Shown in pieces: positions 1 through 7,956 of a stretch of DNA of 64,000 nt. The position numbers and the translations under genes are program-made. This stretch comes from Methanobacteriota archaeon (GTDB lineage: Archaea > Thermoplasmatota > Thermoplasmata > RBG-16-68-12): contig CAMTUI010000011.1 in NCBI GenBank assembly GCA_947084985.1, positions 10,355-74,354 on the forward strand, given 5' to 3'. Below the pieces are notes generated by a model. The model searched no databases and was not told the origin of the DNA. It saw nothing but the letters and a program-made list of their open reading frames with translations. Numbering within the stretch: the first letter of the stretch is position 1; every line of letters begins with the position of its first letter.

Positions 1-345
1 CCCATGTATGCGACCCTCGAACGTCTGAGCCGGTCTTCGGTTGAAGCCTCGTACATCCTCGGTGCGGGCCGCATCCAGACGTTTTTCCGCGTGATCCTGC
101 CCCTCTCGACTCCGGGGATCATGGCCGGTAGCCTCCTCGTTTTCATCATCTCGATGGGGGAGCTTGTGATTCCCGCCCTCACCGGCGGGGTGGACTACGG
201 GTACCTGATCGGTAACTCCATTTACGAGCGGTACGGCCTGACGCCGGGAACGACGGCGGCCCTCTCCCTGCTGTTCATGGGGGTTGTCCTCGCCTTGTCG
301 ATCGTATACCTCCGGCTCGCGGGCCGGGAGGGGGTCCGCCTTTGA
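1..345 (+). CDS. ABC transporter permease (PotB-like), C-terminal part; 5' end outside window
   Basis: The frame is open to the window edge. The sequence is TM-rich, with an EAA-loop-like segment EASYILGAGRIQTFFRVILPLSTPGI typical of binding-protein-dependent permeases. The stop overlaps the TTG start of the next permease (TTGA). Confidence 0.8.
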   Translation, partial: PMYATLERLSRSSVEASYILGAGRIQTFFRVILPLSTPGIMAGSLLVFIISMGELVIPALTGGVDYGYLIGNSIYERYGLTPGTTAALSLLFMGVVLALSIVYLRLAGREGVRL

Positions 346-1127
346 AGCTCGGACGCGTCGCGTTGGCCGCGTACGTCGGCCTATTTTTCACGGGCTTGTA
401 CGGGCCAATCGCAGTCCTCGTCGGTTTGGGCTTCAACTCCGGGTCGCGGGTTTACGTGTGGGAGAGCTTCACACTCGAGAACTATCAGATCGTTCTTTCG
501 ATCAAGTCCTATGTGGATGCCTTCTGGTCCAGCATCTTCATCGCCGTGGGGACGACCGTCCTGTCTGTGATCCTGGGGACCCTCGCTGGACTCAGCGCGT
601 CCCGGCGCGCCTCCGGGCGATTCGAACTGGTCTGGAGCGCCCTCGTCCTGCTTCCCCTGATCGTCCCCGAGATCGTGGAGGCCCTGTCGATCTTCCTATT
701 CTACCGGGTCCTCGGGATCCCGCTCGGTACGGGAGCCACGATCATCGGCCATACCGTGTTTTCCGTGTCCTTTGTCGCCTTGATCGTCCGCGCCCGGATG
801 GCCGACTTCGGCCGCGCCTACGAGGAGGCGTCTATGGTACTCGGCGCCGGCCGGCTGCATACGTTCATCAACGTCCTCCTGCCCATGGCGGCCCCCGCGG
901 TGATTGCCGGGTCCTTCCTCGCCTTCGCGTCTTCGTTCGATGACGTCATCAAATCGGGCTTCACGACAACCCCGCTTTCGCGCACGCTCCCGCAGATCGT
1001 CTTCGCGCAAGCCAGCCGCGGGGGGATCTCCACTTCGTTGGCCGCACTCTCGGCCGTGATGGTCGCGATCAGCATTTCCGCGGCGCTCGCGCGCGTCTTG
1101 GCGGGGCGACGACTCAGCCGCCGGTGA
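342..1127 (+). CDS. ABC transporter permease (PotC-like)
   Basis: 261 aa with about 6 hydrophobic segments. The EAA-like loop YEEASMVLGAGRLHTFINVLLPMAAPAV is present. It is translationally coupled to the upstream permease. Confidence 0.85.
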   Translation: MKLGRVALAAYVGLFFTGLYGPIAVLVGLGFNSGSRVYVWESFTLENYQIVLSIKSYVDAFWSSIFIAVGTTVLSVILGTLAGLSASRRASGRFELVWSALVLLPLIVPEIVEALSIFLFYRVLGIPLGTGATIIGHTVFSVSFVALIVRARMADFGRAYEEASMVLGAGRLHTFINVLLPMAAPAVIAGSFLAFASSFDDVIKSGFTTTPLSRTLPQIVFAQASRGGISTSLAALSAVMVAISISAALARVLAGRRLSRR

Positions 1128-2184
1128 GGAACACCCGCACCGTGTCGAGGTCGAAACCGAGCTCCACGGCGCTGCCGATGCCGAGGCGATTAGCCGCCCG
1201 CCCACCAACCTGTGCGGTCAGCCGAACATTGTCGGCCGTGCGAACCGCCAGGACTGCATTCGTCCCCCGGAACACGGACTCCTCCAGGGTGCCGGTCACT
1301 CGAACGTCTCGAGAACCCGCCTCCTCGCCAACTGCGATCGCCTCCGGCCGGACGGAGATCAACACCCGGCCCCCGGCGGAATCGCGAAGTTCCTCGGGGG
1401 CGCGGAAAGACACGTCGCCAGGTAGCCGGACGATCCCGTCTTCGAGTATACCTTCCAAGAGGTTCGTCTCCCCGATGAAATCGGCGACCAATGCGGTGAG
1501 CGGGTGGTAGTAGATTTCCTCCGGGGTGCCCTCCTGTTCGACCCGCCCGCGGGACATCACCGCGACCCGATCCGACATGGCCATCGCCTCCCCCTGGTCG
1601 TGCGTGACGAAGACAAACGTCGTGCCGACTTGTCGGTGGAGCCGCTTGAGCTCGAGCTGCATCTGTGTGCGGAGCTTCAGATCTAGAGCGCCCAGCGGCT
1701 CATCCAGGAGGAGGACGGACGGTTCCGTCACGAGGGCTCGGGCCAAGGCGACTCGTTGTTGCTGGCCCCCGCTCAGCTGGGAGATGCGTCGGTCCCCGAG
1801 CCCTTCCAGGCCGACAAGTCCCAGGTATTCTTTCACCTTTTTCCGGATGTGGGAGGCACTTTTCCGACGCACCCGAAGGCCATACGAGACATTGTTGAAG
1901 ACGCTCAGGTGAGGGAAGAGGGCGAGGCCCTGGAACACCATCCCAAGGTTCCTCTTGAAGGGTGGCAACTCGTTCACCCTCGCCCCGCGAAGGCGGACCT
2001 CCCCTTCGTCGGGGCTCTCCAGGCCCGCAATCATGCGGAGGCTCGTCGTCTTACCGCATCCGCTCGGCCCGAGGAGCGAGTAGAAGCTGCCTCGCGGGAC
2101 GCTCAGGCTCACGTGGTCCACGGCGACGGTGTCCTTGAATCGCTTCGTGACCTCGATGAGTTCGATGTCCGGTGTCCCGCTCAC
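1114..2184 (-). CDS. ABC transporter ATP-binding protein (PotA-like, polyamine/solute import type)
   Basis: Walker A GPSGCGKTT, signature LSGGQQQR and Walker B LLLDEP are present, with a C-terminal TOBE-like regulatory tail. It converges on the permease genes with a 14-nt overlap. Confidence 0.9.
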   Translation of the reverse strand: MSGTPDIELIEVTKRFKDTVAVDHVSLSVPRGSFYSLLGPSGCGKTTSLRMIAGLESPDEGEVRLRGARVNELPPFKRNLGMVFQGLALFPHLSVFNNVSYGLRVRRKSASHIRKKVKEYLGLVGLEGLGDRRISQLSGGQQQRVALARALVTEPSVLLLDEPLGALDLKLRTQMQLELKRLHRQVGTTFVFVTHDQGEAMAMSDRVAVMSRGRVEQEGTPEEIYYHPLTALVADFIGETNLLEGILEDGIVRLPGDVSFRAPEELRDSAGGRVLISVRPEAIAVGEEAGSRDVRVTGTLEESVFRGTNAVLAVRTADNVRLTAQVGGRAANRLGIGSAVELGFDLDTVRVFLTGG

Positions 2185-2234
2185 GGCATACTCCCTGGGC
2201 CCGAAGGAACCCGTCGCGAGCCTTAAAGCTCACT

Positions 2235-3536
2235 TCACGCCAGGATTTCGTCCCATATCGCGGCAAGCTGGGCGTTCTCGGAGGGCGTCCTGGCCCTCAA
2301 GGTCTGGAGCTTCGCCGCACGTGGGTCGGGTGGATCCGAAACCAGGATGTTGTAGTCCGGCAGGCCCCACACGTAGGGAAGGACCATCCCCGCCGGCTCT
2401 TCGTGGATGGCGAGTTGCTCTTGGCTCTTGGGCCCGCCGAAGAGGGCGAGCTTGTGCGCGATGCCGTAGTTCCGGAACATGGCGAGGACCGCCGCGTTCG
2501 CGGCTTCCCACATATAGTTGATGAAGACCATCGCGGTCTCCTTGTGCGGAGCATTCTTCGGGATGACGTAGTTGTCGGTCCAGAGCACCGCGCCTTCATC
2601 CGGAATCGTATATGTGATCTCGGGCTTCGGGGTCGCCTCCCGAATGAAGAGGACGTCCCCGCTCCAAGCGTGGGAGACATGAAAATCGGGCGGGTCCCCA
2701 CCGAGTCCCAAGTAGTACTGCTCCGCATCCGCGAAGTCCGCAAGCATCGGTTTCACATCGAGCAACGCCTGCTTGACCGCATCCAAGGTCGACTGGGACA
2801 GATCGTTCACTCCGTTTCCTATCCCTTGGGACTGAAGCCAAATCGCGGCGGCTGCGAGGGCTTCGTCCCGATCCCTCTGGATCGTGACCCGGCCTTGGTT
2901 CCTGTCCAGGAATCCGCCCGGTGACGTGTCGAAGATCTGGTTCCAGCTGTTCACGGTCGTCTGGCCGGGGGGGAACTTGGTCAGGAGGGTGTTCCATCCG
3001 ATGCCCGTCGTGCCCCACAGGTACGGGAGGCTATACTCACGGGCCGTGTCCCACGGCGTCAGGTAGTTCGTATCGAGTTGGTCAATGTTTGGGATGTAGT
3101 CATGGTTGAGGCGCTCGAGGAGCCCGAGCCCGATGGCTTCCTGAACCGCATACCCCGTGACTACCATGATGTCGAACTTATCCGGGTTTCCGAGTTGGAG
3201 GCGAGAGCGGAAGTGTTCCTGCGTTTGCGCGCTGTCGTCGTAGACCATCTCGACTTTGAACTTGTTCTCGAAATCGTCGAGAAGCGCGTAGTTCGTGTAG
3301 AGAGACCAATTGTACATCGAGATCGATTGCGACAGCGGTGGCAAGTTGACGATGCGGCTGATTGCCGCTAAGCGTGCATTGAGGCTGTCGATCTCTTGCT
3401 GCCGAGACCCCGATCCACCGAAGAAGCCGAGGGCACCGCCCACGGCCGCCCCCGCCGCAGTGAACACGCCGATCTTCAGCACGTCGCGACGGCTCACGTC
3501 CTGATCGCTCTCAGATTCCGCTGGTTGGTCTGCCAT
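2235..3536 (-). CDS. Extracellular solute-binding protein, PotD/PotF family, with twin-arginine-like signal
   Basis: The N-terminus has SRRDVLKIGVFTAAGAAVGG (an RR motif plus a hydrophobic core). The body resembles spermidine/putrescine-binding proteins (YNWSLYTNYALLDDFENKF, FDIMVVTGY). GGAGG lies 10 nt upstream of the ATG. Confidence 0.8.
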   Translation of the reverse strand: MADQPAESESDQDVSRRDVLKIGVFTAAGAAVGGALGFFGGSGSRQQEIDSLNARLAAISRIVNLPPLSQSISMYNWSLYTNYALLDDFENKFKVEMVYDDSAQTQEHFRSRLQLGNPDKFDIMVVTGYAVQEAIGLGLLERLNHDYIPNIDQLDTNYLTPWDTAREYSLPYLWGTTGIGWNTLLTKFPPGQTTVNSWNQIFDTSPGGFLDRNQGRVTIQRDRDEALAAAAIWLQSQGIGNGVNDLSQSTLDAVKQALLDVKPMLADFADAEQYYLGLGGDPPDFHVSHAWSGDVLFIREATPKPEITYTIPDEGAVLWTDNYVIPKNAPHKETAMVFINYMWEAANAAVLAMFRNYGIAHKLALFGGPKSQEQLAIHEEPAGMVLPYVWGLPDYNILVSDPPDPRAAKLQTLRARTPSENAQLAAIWDEILA

Positions 3537-3645
3537 CTACCCCTTTCCTCCGACCGCGGGAATCGGGGTTACGCATTTAACGCTTGCGAATCTGACACAC
3601 GGTCGGTCGGAGGGGAAGAACGAACATCTCTTCGCCGTGAGACGC

Positions 3646-5781
3646 TCAGATCAGGAGGGGCGCGATCACGAGGGTGATCGTCGAGAGCAACTTGACGAGG
3701 ATGTGCAGCGACGGTCCGGCGGTATCCTTGAACGGGTCGCCGACGGTGTCCCCCACGACGGCGGCCTTGTGCCTATCGCTCCCCTTGCCGCCGCTCAGCT
3801 CGATGAACTTCTTCGCGTTGTCCCAGGCGCCTCCGCCCGTGTTGAAGACCAGGGCCAGAATCACCCCGGCAAGCGTGCCGACCATGAGGACGGCCCCAAC
3901 GGATTCCGCGGCGTAGATTGTCGTGCGCAACGCGAGCCCGACGACGGTGGGCCCGAGGACCGCGAGGAGGCCCGGGGCGACCATGTGCTTCAGAGCCGCC
4001 CGGGTGCAGATGTCGACGGACCGCGCGTAGTCCGGGTCCTCCGTCCCGGCCATGATGCCGGGCTTCTCGCGGAACTGGGCGCGGACGTCGTTGATGATCT
4101 CCCAGGCCGTGCGGCCGACCGCGCGGATCGCCAGGGAGCTGAACAGGAAGACAATCATCACGCCCATGAGCCCACCGACGAAGATCTCCGGGACCGCCAG
4201 GTTGATGACGGGTTCGCAGTCCACCGTGCAGCCTGCTGATTCTCGGAGGATTCGCACCTCATCGAGGTACGCCGTGAACAGGAGGAAGGCCGCCAGCGCG
4301 GCACTGCCGACCGCGTAGCCCTTCGTCAGGGCTTTGGTCGTGTTCCCCGCGGCATCGAGCTTATCCATCCGAGTCCGGGCCTCACCGGACTTCCCGGACA
4401 TCTCGAGGATCCCAGCCGCATTGTCCGTGATCGGTCCGAACGTGTCCTCCGCGAGGATGTACGCGGCCGTCGCGAGCATGCCCATCGTCGCTACGGCGGT
4501 TCCGTAGAAGCCGCCCCCAGGCAGGGCGTGCTCCCCGAGGTAGAAGGAGACCAGGATCGCGATGCCGATGATCAGAGCGGGCAGTGCGGTCGCCTCGAGC
4601 CCGACGCTGAACCCGCTCAGCACGGTCGTCGCCGGGCCCGTCTCCGAAGCCCGCGCAATCTCCTTCACGGGCCGGTAGCGCGCCTCCGTGTAGTACTGCG
4701 TGATGTAGACGAACGCGAGGGACGTCACGATCCCCACGACGCCCGCCAGGAACAGGTAGATCCAGGTCGTCGCGTGGGCGCCCCGCGCCGGATCTCCCTG
4801 GAGGAGGATGTATGCGGCCGCGGCGAACAGGATCGTCGCGAGGACCATCGTGACGTAGTAGCTGCGGTTCAAGGCCGCCATGGGCGCCTCGTCTTCGCGC
4901 GCCCGGACGGTGAAGACGCCGACAATTGTCGCGAGGAGCCCGAACGCACGCGCCACTAGCGGGAAAAAAATCCCGCCGACCCCGAAGACCGGGAACAGGG
5001 CGACACCGAGGACCATCGCGCCGATGTTCTCCGCCGCCGTCGATTCGAACAGGTCCGCGCCGCGGCCGGCGCAGTCCCCCACGTTGTCGCCCACGAGGTC
5101 CGCGATGACCGCCGGATTTCGCGGGTCGTCCTCCGGGATCCCGGCCTCGATTTTCCCGACGAGGTCCGCGCCCACGTCGGCCGCCTTCGTGTAGATCCCG
5201 CCGCCGAGCTGGGCGAACAGGGCGACGAGGGACGCCCCGAATCCGAAGCCGACGATTGAGAGGACGATGTCGCTTTGCCGGGCGGCCTCGTCCGCCCGAG
5301 GGGGCGTCACGAGTCCGTAGAGGCTGTAGATGCCCCAGACGCCCAGCAGGCTGAATCCGATGATCGTAAGTCCGGAGACCGCGCCGCCACGCAAGGCGGT
5401 CCGAAGGGCCCGACCGAACGAGGAAAGGCCGTCGTTCGCGCAGCGGGAGTTCGCTCGGACGGAGATGTACATACCGATGTAGCCGCTGGCGGCCGAGAGC
5501 GTCGCGCCCAGCGAGAACGCGACCGCGGTCTTCGCGCCGTTCTCCCAACCGCGCGTCGCGCCGATTGCCGTCGCGAAGATGATTGCGACGACCGCAGCGA
5601 TGAACGCGATCGTCCTGTACTGGCGTCGCATGAACGCCCGCGCACCCTCTTGGATGCGGGCCGCGATGCCCCGCATCGCGTCGTCGCCCGGGGAGAGGCG
5701 CAAAACGCTCCATGCGAGATACGCCGCCACCGCGACGGCGGCGAGGCCCGCCGCGGGGACGAGGATCGTGACATCGACCAC
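3646..5781 (-). CDS. hppA: Membrane-bound proton/sodium-translocating pyrophosphatase
   Basis: 711 aa polytopic protein with hallmark motifs VGDNVGDCAGRGADLFES and GDTVGDPFKDTAGPSLHILVKLL. Confidence 0.95.
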   Translation of the reverse strand: MVDVTILVPAAGLAAVAVAAYLAWSVLRLSPGDDAMRGIAARIQEGARAFMRRQYRTIAFIAAVVAIIFATAIGATRGWENGAKTAVAFSLGATLSAASGYIGMYISVRANSRCANDGLSSFGRALRTALRGGAVSGLTIIGFSLLGVWGIYSLYGLVTPPRADEAARQSDIVLSIVGFGFGASLVALFAQLGGGIYTKAADVGADLVGKIEAGIPEDDPRNPAVIADLVGDNVGDCAGRGADLFESTAAENIGAMVLGVALFPVFGVGGIFFPLVARAFGLLATIVGVFTVRAREDEAPMAALNRSYYVTMVLATILFAAAAYILLQGDPARGAHATTWIYLFLAGVVGIVTSLAFVYITQYYTEARYRPVKEIARASETGPATTVLSGFSVGLEATALPALIIGIAILVSFYLGEHALPGGGFYGTAVATMGMLATAAYILAEDTFGPITDNAAGILEMSGKSGEARTRMDKLDAAGNTTKALTKGYAVGSAALAAFLLFTAYLDEVRILRESAGCTVDCEPVINLAVPEIFVGGLMGVMIVFLFSSLAIRAVGRTAWEIINDVRAQFREKPGIMAGTEDPDYARSVDICTRAALKHMVAPGLLAVLGPTVVGLALRTTIYAAESVGAVLMVGTLAGVILALVFNTGGGAWDNAKKFIELSGGKGSDRHKAAVVGDTVGDPFKDTAGPSLHILVKLLSTITLVIAPLLI

Positions 5782-5860
5782 GACGAACCCCTCGGTCGCG
5801 GGGAAGGGCGGACCTGTAATAAGCCTTGCTGACCCAGGGCGAATGTCGCGGAACCGGGTG

Positions 5861-7090
5861 TCAGGTCCCGAATTTCGGCGAGCGATTGGCGGCGTCCAGC
5901 AGGACGTCCATGAGCTCCCGTCCGCGAAGGCGGCCCAGCGCGCCGTGGGCCACGCTGCGCTCGTCGAACGACAGGACGCCGTCCACGCGCACCCCTTCCC
6001 CGAAGACGGTCAAGGGCACCGGGTCGCCGGAGTGGTCCTTCACCGCCACCGGCGTGGAGTGATCGGCGGTCATCGCGACGATCACGTCTGCGGAGAGCTT
6101 CGCCTTCAGATGACCCATCATCTGATCCATCCTCTCGATTACGTGAATTTTCTCCGAGGCATTTCCGTCATGGCCACAGAGGTCCGGGGCCTTGATGTGC
6201 AGGACGACGAGGTCGTACGTTTCGAGGGCGGTAAGCGCCGCGTCCGCCTTTGCGATCATGTCCGTGTCTAGACCGCCCGTCGCGCCCTCGACCTCTAGCA
6301 CGTCGATCCCGACCATGCGGAAGATGCCGCGGATCAGGGTGACTCCCGCGATCCCCGCGGCCTTCATCTGGAGCTTCTCTGGCATCGATGTGAGATCTGG
6401 AAATACACCGGCGCCGCGCAGCAGGACGACGTTCGCGGGCGGCTCGCCCCGAGATATCCGCGCCCGGTTCACGGCATGGTCCTTCAGGATCTTGTGCGAC
6501 TGCTTCGTGAACGTATTGACGACCTTGGCGGTCGCCTTCGCGGCCGACTCGAGCGGCTTGCAGTCGAGGACCTCCGCGCCAAGTTCGTGGGGATCCGTGT
6601 CGGAGACCCTCGGAGATAGCCCGCGGCCGCGCAACACGAGGGCCGCTCGATGGTCCGTACCGGCCCGGAACATCACCTTGATGCGACCGATCTTCAGACC
6701 GTCGAGGGCCTTTGCCAGCTCGTCCGTGCCCTCGCGGATGCGTCCCGCACGACGATCCGTTAGGCGCATCTTCTCGTCCACGGACGCGAAGTTCCCGCGG
6801 AACGCGATGTCGCCCGGCTCCAGGTCGATCCCCACCCCGGCGGCCTCGAACGGCCCGCGACCCGTGTACACCTCGTGCGGATCATACCCAAACAACGCGA
6901 GGTGGCTCGTGTCACTCCCCGCCGGCACGCCCGGTGCGATCGGATCGAGGAGGCCATTCACGCCATTCGCCGCGAACCAATCGAGGTTCGGTTTCGGGGT
7001 CGCCTCGAGCGGCGTCTTGTGCCCGAGCTCCGTCAGCGGCCGGTCCCCGAGACCGTCGAAAATCACCAAGAGGATCTTCCGTTGATCCAT
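5861..7090 (-). CDS. apgM: 2,3-bisphosphoglycerate-independent phosphoglycerate mutase, archaeal type
   Basis: ILLVIFDGLGDRP, PNLDWFAANGVNGLLDP, GSDTSHLALFGYDP and the C-terminal TADHSTP motif are present. I chose the internal ATG (MDQRKILLV); the track ORF extends to 7213 with an R/P-rich, non-homologous leader. Confidence 0.9.
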   Translation of the reverse strand: MDQRKILLVIFDGLGDRPLTELGHKTPLEATPKPNLDWFAANGVNGLLDPIAPGVPAGSDTSHLALFGYDPHEVYTGRGPFEAAGVGIDLEPGDIAFRGNFASVDEKMRLTDRRAGRIREGTDELAKALDGLKIGRIKVMFRAGTDHRAALVLRGRGLSPRVSDTDPHELGAEVLDCKPLESAAKATAKVVNTFTKQSHKILKDHAVNRARISRGEPPANVVLLRGAGVFPDLTSMPEKLQMKAAGIAGVTLIRGIFRMVGIDVLEVEGATGGLDTDMIAKADAALTALETYDLVVLHIKAPDLCGHDGNASEKIHVIERMDQMMGHLKAKLSADVIVAMTADHSTPVAVKDHSGDPVPLTVFGEGVRVDGVLSFDERSVAHGALGRLRGRELMDVLLDAANRSPKFGT

Positions 7091-7154
7091 CGCGAAGGCG
7101 CGGAAGGTTGGGTCCCTAGATATGTCTTTGGAATCCGGATGCCGCGGGCCGCGC

Positions 7155-7943
7155 TCATGCCTTCGTGACCGTGACGGGCATGCCCGGTCCCGCCTGGAGC
7201 TGGCCCGCCGCATTCGCCTCGCGCCGCGAAACTTCGACGAATCCGCTCGAGGAGATCGTCACGAGCAGGTCGCCTAACGCGACTTGGCCATACGTCCGGA
7301 CGAACGGCACGGTCATCTCGTACCCGCCGATCGTCACCTGGACGAAATCGCCGAACGCCCACGCCTTTTCGGCCGCGGCCCGTGGGATGTTCGTCACCAC
7401 GTTCCCGAAGCGGTCGTGCGTGATCACGACGCCTTCGAAGCCGCCCTTCCGCTTCGTCGGTGTCCCGAAATCCAGGTCCACGAAGTCTCGGATGGCCGGG
7501 CCAGCGTCCTTGACCTTCGAGCCCGAGAGGAGGTGCGCCGCTGCGGGAGCGAACAGGTCCCGACCGTGGAACGTGTCGGAGACCTCGGGTCGCCCGAGCT
7601 TCCGGTTCGTGATCTCACGGACCTCCTTGAGCCCAAGCCGCTTGGCCGCAGGGATCAGGAGGCCGTTGTCCGGTCCGACGAGGAAGGCGCCCTCGCACAC
7701 GCAGACGATTGCACGCCGCTTCGTGCCAACGCCCGGGTCGACGACGCCCACGTGGGCGGCGAATGGGTAGTACGGCACCGCGGCGTAGAGGACGTACGCT
7801 CCATGGCGGATGTCGTGCGGCCGGACGCTATGGTCGATGTCGACGACCGTGGCCTCGGGGTCCACGCTCAGGATCGCGCCTTTCATCGCGCCGACGTACT
7901 CTCCGGGTCCGAAGTCCGTTGTGAGCGTGACGATGTGCGCCAT
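7155..7943 (-). CDS. SAM hydroxide adenosyltransferase family protein (DUF62, chlorinase/fluorinase-like)
   Basis: IVTLTTDFGPGEYVGAMKGAILSV, DIDHSVRPHDI and VGVVDPGVGTKRRAIV..GPDNGLL are present. The start is taken at MAHIVTL. Confidence 0.85.
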   Translation of the reverse strand: MAHIVTLTTDFGPGEYVGAMKGAILSVDPEATVVDIDHSVRPHDIRHGAYVLYAAVPYYPFAAHVGVVDPGVGTKRRAIVCVCEGAFLVGPDNGLLIPAAKRLGLKEVREITNRKLGRPEVSDTFHGRDLFAPAAAHLLSGSKVKDAGPAIRDFVDLDFGTPTKRKGGFEGVVITHDRFGNVVTNIPRAAAEKAWAFGDFVQVTIGGYEMTVPFVRTYGQVALGDLLVTISSSGFVEVSRREANAAGQLQAGPGMPVTVTKA

Positions 7944-7956
7944 GTGCCGTACCGTC

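Noticed and set aside
4382-5713. 443-aa minus-strand ORF inside hppA (different frame).
   Set aside because: It has an R/G/P-dominated composition typical of off-frame translation in high-GC DNA. The overlapping frame carries unmistakable H+-PPase motifs.
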